Assembly: GCA_964561295.1 (NCBI GenBank)
Contig: CAZLPA010000002.1
Coordinates: forward strand, 21,542 to 45,541
DNA from: an uncultured Candidatus Saccharibacteria bacterium
GTDB taxonomy: Bacteria > Patescibacteriota > Saccharimonadia > Saccharimonadales > Saccharimonadaceae
Reading direction: 5' to 3'
Length of the DNA stretch: 24,000 bases
The notes beneath the pieces are model-generated. The model searched no databases. It was not told where the DNA came from and was given only the letters and a program-made list of their open reading frames with translations. The position numbers and the translations under genes are program-made. Shown in pieces: positions 21,868 to 24,000 of this stretch; within the stretch, counting starts at the first letter, position 1; each line of letters opens with the position of its first letter.

Positions 21868-24000
21868 TCATTTGAGTCATCAGTATCTGGCGAATGAGTG
21901 GGCGTGAGTTGAAGTTCGGCAACATCCGTATAGCCAGCACTGTCTGTAACCATCAATTTGATAGAATATTCTGTACCATCTAATGTGTAGCCACTAACAA
22001 TGCCAGAGCTACTGATTGAAATGCCACTCTTTTCAACGCCATTAACATAAAGAGTATAGCCAGAAATGCCATAGGTACCTTTGCGGACAACAGCAACGAT
22101 TGTATTGTCGCTGGTAGAAAGCGAAACTTGGGGCGGAATATAATCACACGTGTCACTTTTTTCGCGGTCGTACGGCTCTGGTACATTGTATGTTTCTTCG
22201 CCGGTCATAGGGTCGGTAACTTTCGTAATTTCAATACTAATCTTATAGGCCTCTGGGGTACAGCTGGAAGCCAGGAGGTGATTATAGCGGTTGAAAGTGA
22301 GCGTTTCCTCAATGACACCAGAATTCTTGTCTTTATTAAACCAGCTCGGCCAAATATCAGTTTTGCCGTTGACTGTTAAAGTTTGAATGCCGGCCGGACG
22401 AACTGGTCGATCGCCATAGTGCCATTTGCCTTCTGGCTCATAGACTTCTTTATGCACACGCTCCATATAGGTACCGACTGCGTAACGAACTGGCTCGCCC
22501 ATAGGGGCAGAGAAGCCAGAGCCGTCATGATTACCATTCCATACGAAGGTAGAAATGGCTGTAGAGAAGCTTTCGATGAGAGAATCTTTTACCACTGCTG
22601 CGTTTTGGGTGGTAGTGGTGCCGGTTTTAGTGGCAGTCCAGACGTCTGGCACGACAAAGCCCACGCCATTATCATAACGTGCAGAACGATCACCTAAAAT
22701 GTCGCTGAGCATGTACGCTACCTGCTCGTCTACTACGCGAGTAGCGGGAGAATCTACCCAAGATTCAATAACATCACCAGTGGAGTTCTCAACCTTTAGA
22801 ACATAGGTTATATCCTTATAGGAGCCCCCTCTAGCTATTGATGCATAGGCATTAGCATGTTCGACCATGCGAACTCCACAACCGGAGCCGATTGCGATAG
22901 AAAGGCCATAACTGTCACGGCCCTCGCAATAAGACGTATCGCCAAGGGCGTGCGCTACTTCAAGCGAATTATCTATGCCATTAATATATAGAGCTTTAAC
23001 CGCAGCAATATTCAACGAATGGCCAAGCGAGAAACGAATTGTAACATCGCCATAAAAGCCTTGACCGGAGGCATTGTTAAGCGAGCAACTACCAGAATAA
23101 CCAGCACAATAAATTTTATTAATGTTTTCGTCTTTTAAGATTGAGCCCGGGCCATAATTGATGCCTTCGCGTTGCATAAAGAGGGCAGAGTAGTCCAAAA
23201 TAGGTTTAATGGATGAGCCTGGTTCAATTAAAGAATCTGTTGTAACGTTAAGCTCACCGTAAGTATTGTTGAAAAAGTCTGACGAACCAACCATGGCAAT
23301 AACCTGGGAAGTTTCGACATCTAGTGATATCATGGCCATGTTATCAGTGCCATTCATATAGGTATACCCCATACCAGTCGCTACCGCTTCCTCAGCTATT
23401 TGTTGCGCGCGGTAATCTAACGTAGTAGTAATAGTCCAACCGCCAGCACGCATAGTAGAAATACCGTATTTATCTTCAAGCTGTTTTTTGACTTCTAGCA
23501 CAAAGTGAGGTGCTTTCGCATTGGCGTATTGATTAGACTCGGGTTTAATAGTGTCTAGTATTGCAACCTGCTTGGCTTCTTCGGCTTCTTCTTTAGTAAT
23601 AAAGCCCATGTCCGCCATTACGTCGAGAGTATAATGCTGGCGCCAAAGCAACTGTTCGTGACCATATTCGTTATACGGGTTGAAAACGGCCGGATTATTT
23701 GGTATGGAAGCAAGCAAAGCACATTCGGCGAGAGTTAAATCTTTAGCAGATTTACCAAAATAAGTCTGCGCGGCCGATTCAACGCCATTGCGGCGTCCGC
23801 CATAAGGAGATTGGTTAAGATACATAGTGAGAATCTCATCTTTGGAATACATGCGTTCGAGCTCAATAGCAAGAATAAGCTCCTTAATTTTACGGGTCAA
23901 ACCGCCGCGGTTGGCACTGGCGGCCTCATCAGCAAAATAGACTTGTTTAATAAGTTGCTGTGTAAGGGTGGAGCCACCTTGGACTTGTTTACCAGAGATT
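21864..24000 (-). CDS. class A penicillin-binding protein (PBP1A-type transglycosylase/transpeptidase), 5' end beyond the window
   Basis: The frame stays open upstream of the TTG at 23900 to the window edge and encodes GGSTLTQQLIK (GT51 motif). Then RKIKE..LA.ELE..YSK.EIL..YLN. Transpeptidase motifs are SSIK, SLN and KTGTT. There is a C-terminal beta-rich extension of about 150 aa. Confidence 0.92.
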   Translation of the reverse strand, partial: ISGKQVQGGSTLTQQLIKQVYFADEAASANRGGLTRKIKELILAIELERMYSKDEILTMYLNQSPYGGRRNGVESAAQTYFGKSAKDLTLAECALLASIPNNPAVFNPYNEYGHEQLLWRQHYTLDVMADMGFITKEEAEEAKQVAILDTIKPESNQYANAKAPHFVLEVKKQLEDKYGISTMRAGGWTITTTLDYRAQQIAEEAVATGMGYTYMNGTDNMAMISLDVETSQVIAMVGSSDFFNNTYGELNVTTDSLIEPGSSIKPILDYSALFMQREGINYGPGSILKDENINKIYCAGYSGSCSLNNASGQGFYGDVTIRFSLGHSLNIAAVKALYINGIDNSLEVAHALGDTSYCEGRDSYGLSIAIGSGCGVRMVEHANAYASIARGGSYKDITYVLKVENSTGDVIESWVDSPATRVVDEQVAYMLSDILGDRSARYDNGVGFVVPDVWTATKTGTTTTQNAAVVKDSLIESFSTAISTFVWNGNHDGSGFSAPMGEPVRYAVGTYMERVHKEVYEPEGKWHYGDRPVRPAGIQTLTVNGKTDIWPSWFNKDKNSGVIEETLTFNRYNHLLASSCTPEAYKISIEITKVTDPMTGEETYNVPEPYDREKSDTCDYIPPQVSLSTSDNTIVAVVRKGTYGISGYTLYVNGVEKSGISISSSGIVSGYTLDGTEYSIKLMVTDSAGYTDVAELQLTPTHSPDTDDSND

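Noticed and set aside
1-24000. CRISPR arrays, tandem repeats, rRNA genes, riboswitch or T-box leaders
   Set aside because: Visual scanning of all intergenic regions found no spaced direct repeats. All are 135 nt or shorter and most are under 60 nt. The aaRS genes have no leader long enough for a T-box, and no rRNA-like sequence was seen.

Overview
This is a core-chromosome window, roughly 43% GC by hand counts on short stretches. It appears to come from a small-genome bacterium with a Gram-positive-type cell-wall toolkit. Three things suggest a CPR / Candidatus Saccharibacteria-like organism, which is an inference and not a database result. First, it carries two FemAB-type transferases, a class A PBP and a phosphoketolase. 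Second, the rpsB-tsf-frr-uppS-rseP-proS block is eroded and lacks pyrH, cdsA and dxr. Third, many genes look leaderless.

Left to right, the window holds:
- a 5'-truncated family-5 ABC substrate-binding protein and a small membrane protein;
- tRNA-Leu(GAG), followed by a degenerate copy of its own 3' end;
- two secreted, C-terminally anchored surface proteins;
- L31 type B (minus strand), then S2, EF-Ts, RRF, UppS, RseP and a CPBP intramembrane protease;
- a GC-richer degenerate GH13-like gene (minus strand);
- ProRS without the INS editing domain, then GreA;
- a class II LysRS interrupted by one in-frame TGA;
- a DUF167/YggU gene (minus strand), UvrB and a GT2 glycosyltransferase;
- two FemAB paralogues and a GC-rich lectin-like gene remnant (all minus strand);
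- a phosphoketolase split into two overlapping ORFs at a domain boundary;
- a YacL-type PIN-TRAM protein and a 5'-truncated PBP1A (minus strand).

I found no CRISPR array, transposase, integrase, phage genes, toxin-antitoxin pair or recognisable defence system. I could not identify a convincing novel multi-gene system. The items most worth a second look are the lysS in-frame UGA, the split phosphoketolase, the GH13-like probable pseudoenzyme inserted into a conserved syntenic block, and the tRNA-adjacent surface-protein pair (DUF916-like plus a VPDTG sorting-signal protein). Also notable are a repeated TGnTATAAT-6/7-ATG leaderless promoter pattern and an orphan consensus promoter that fires antisense into the DUF167 gene.
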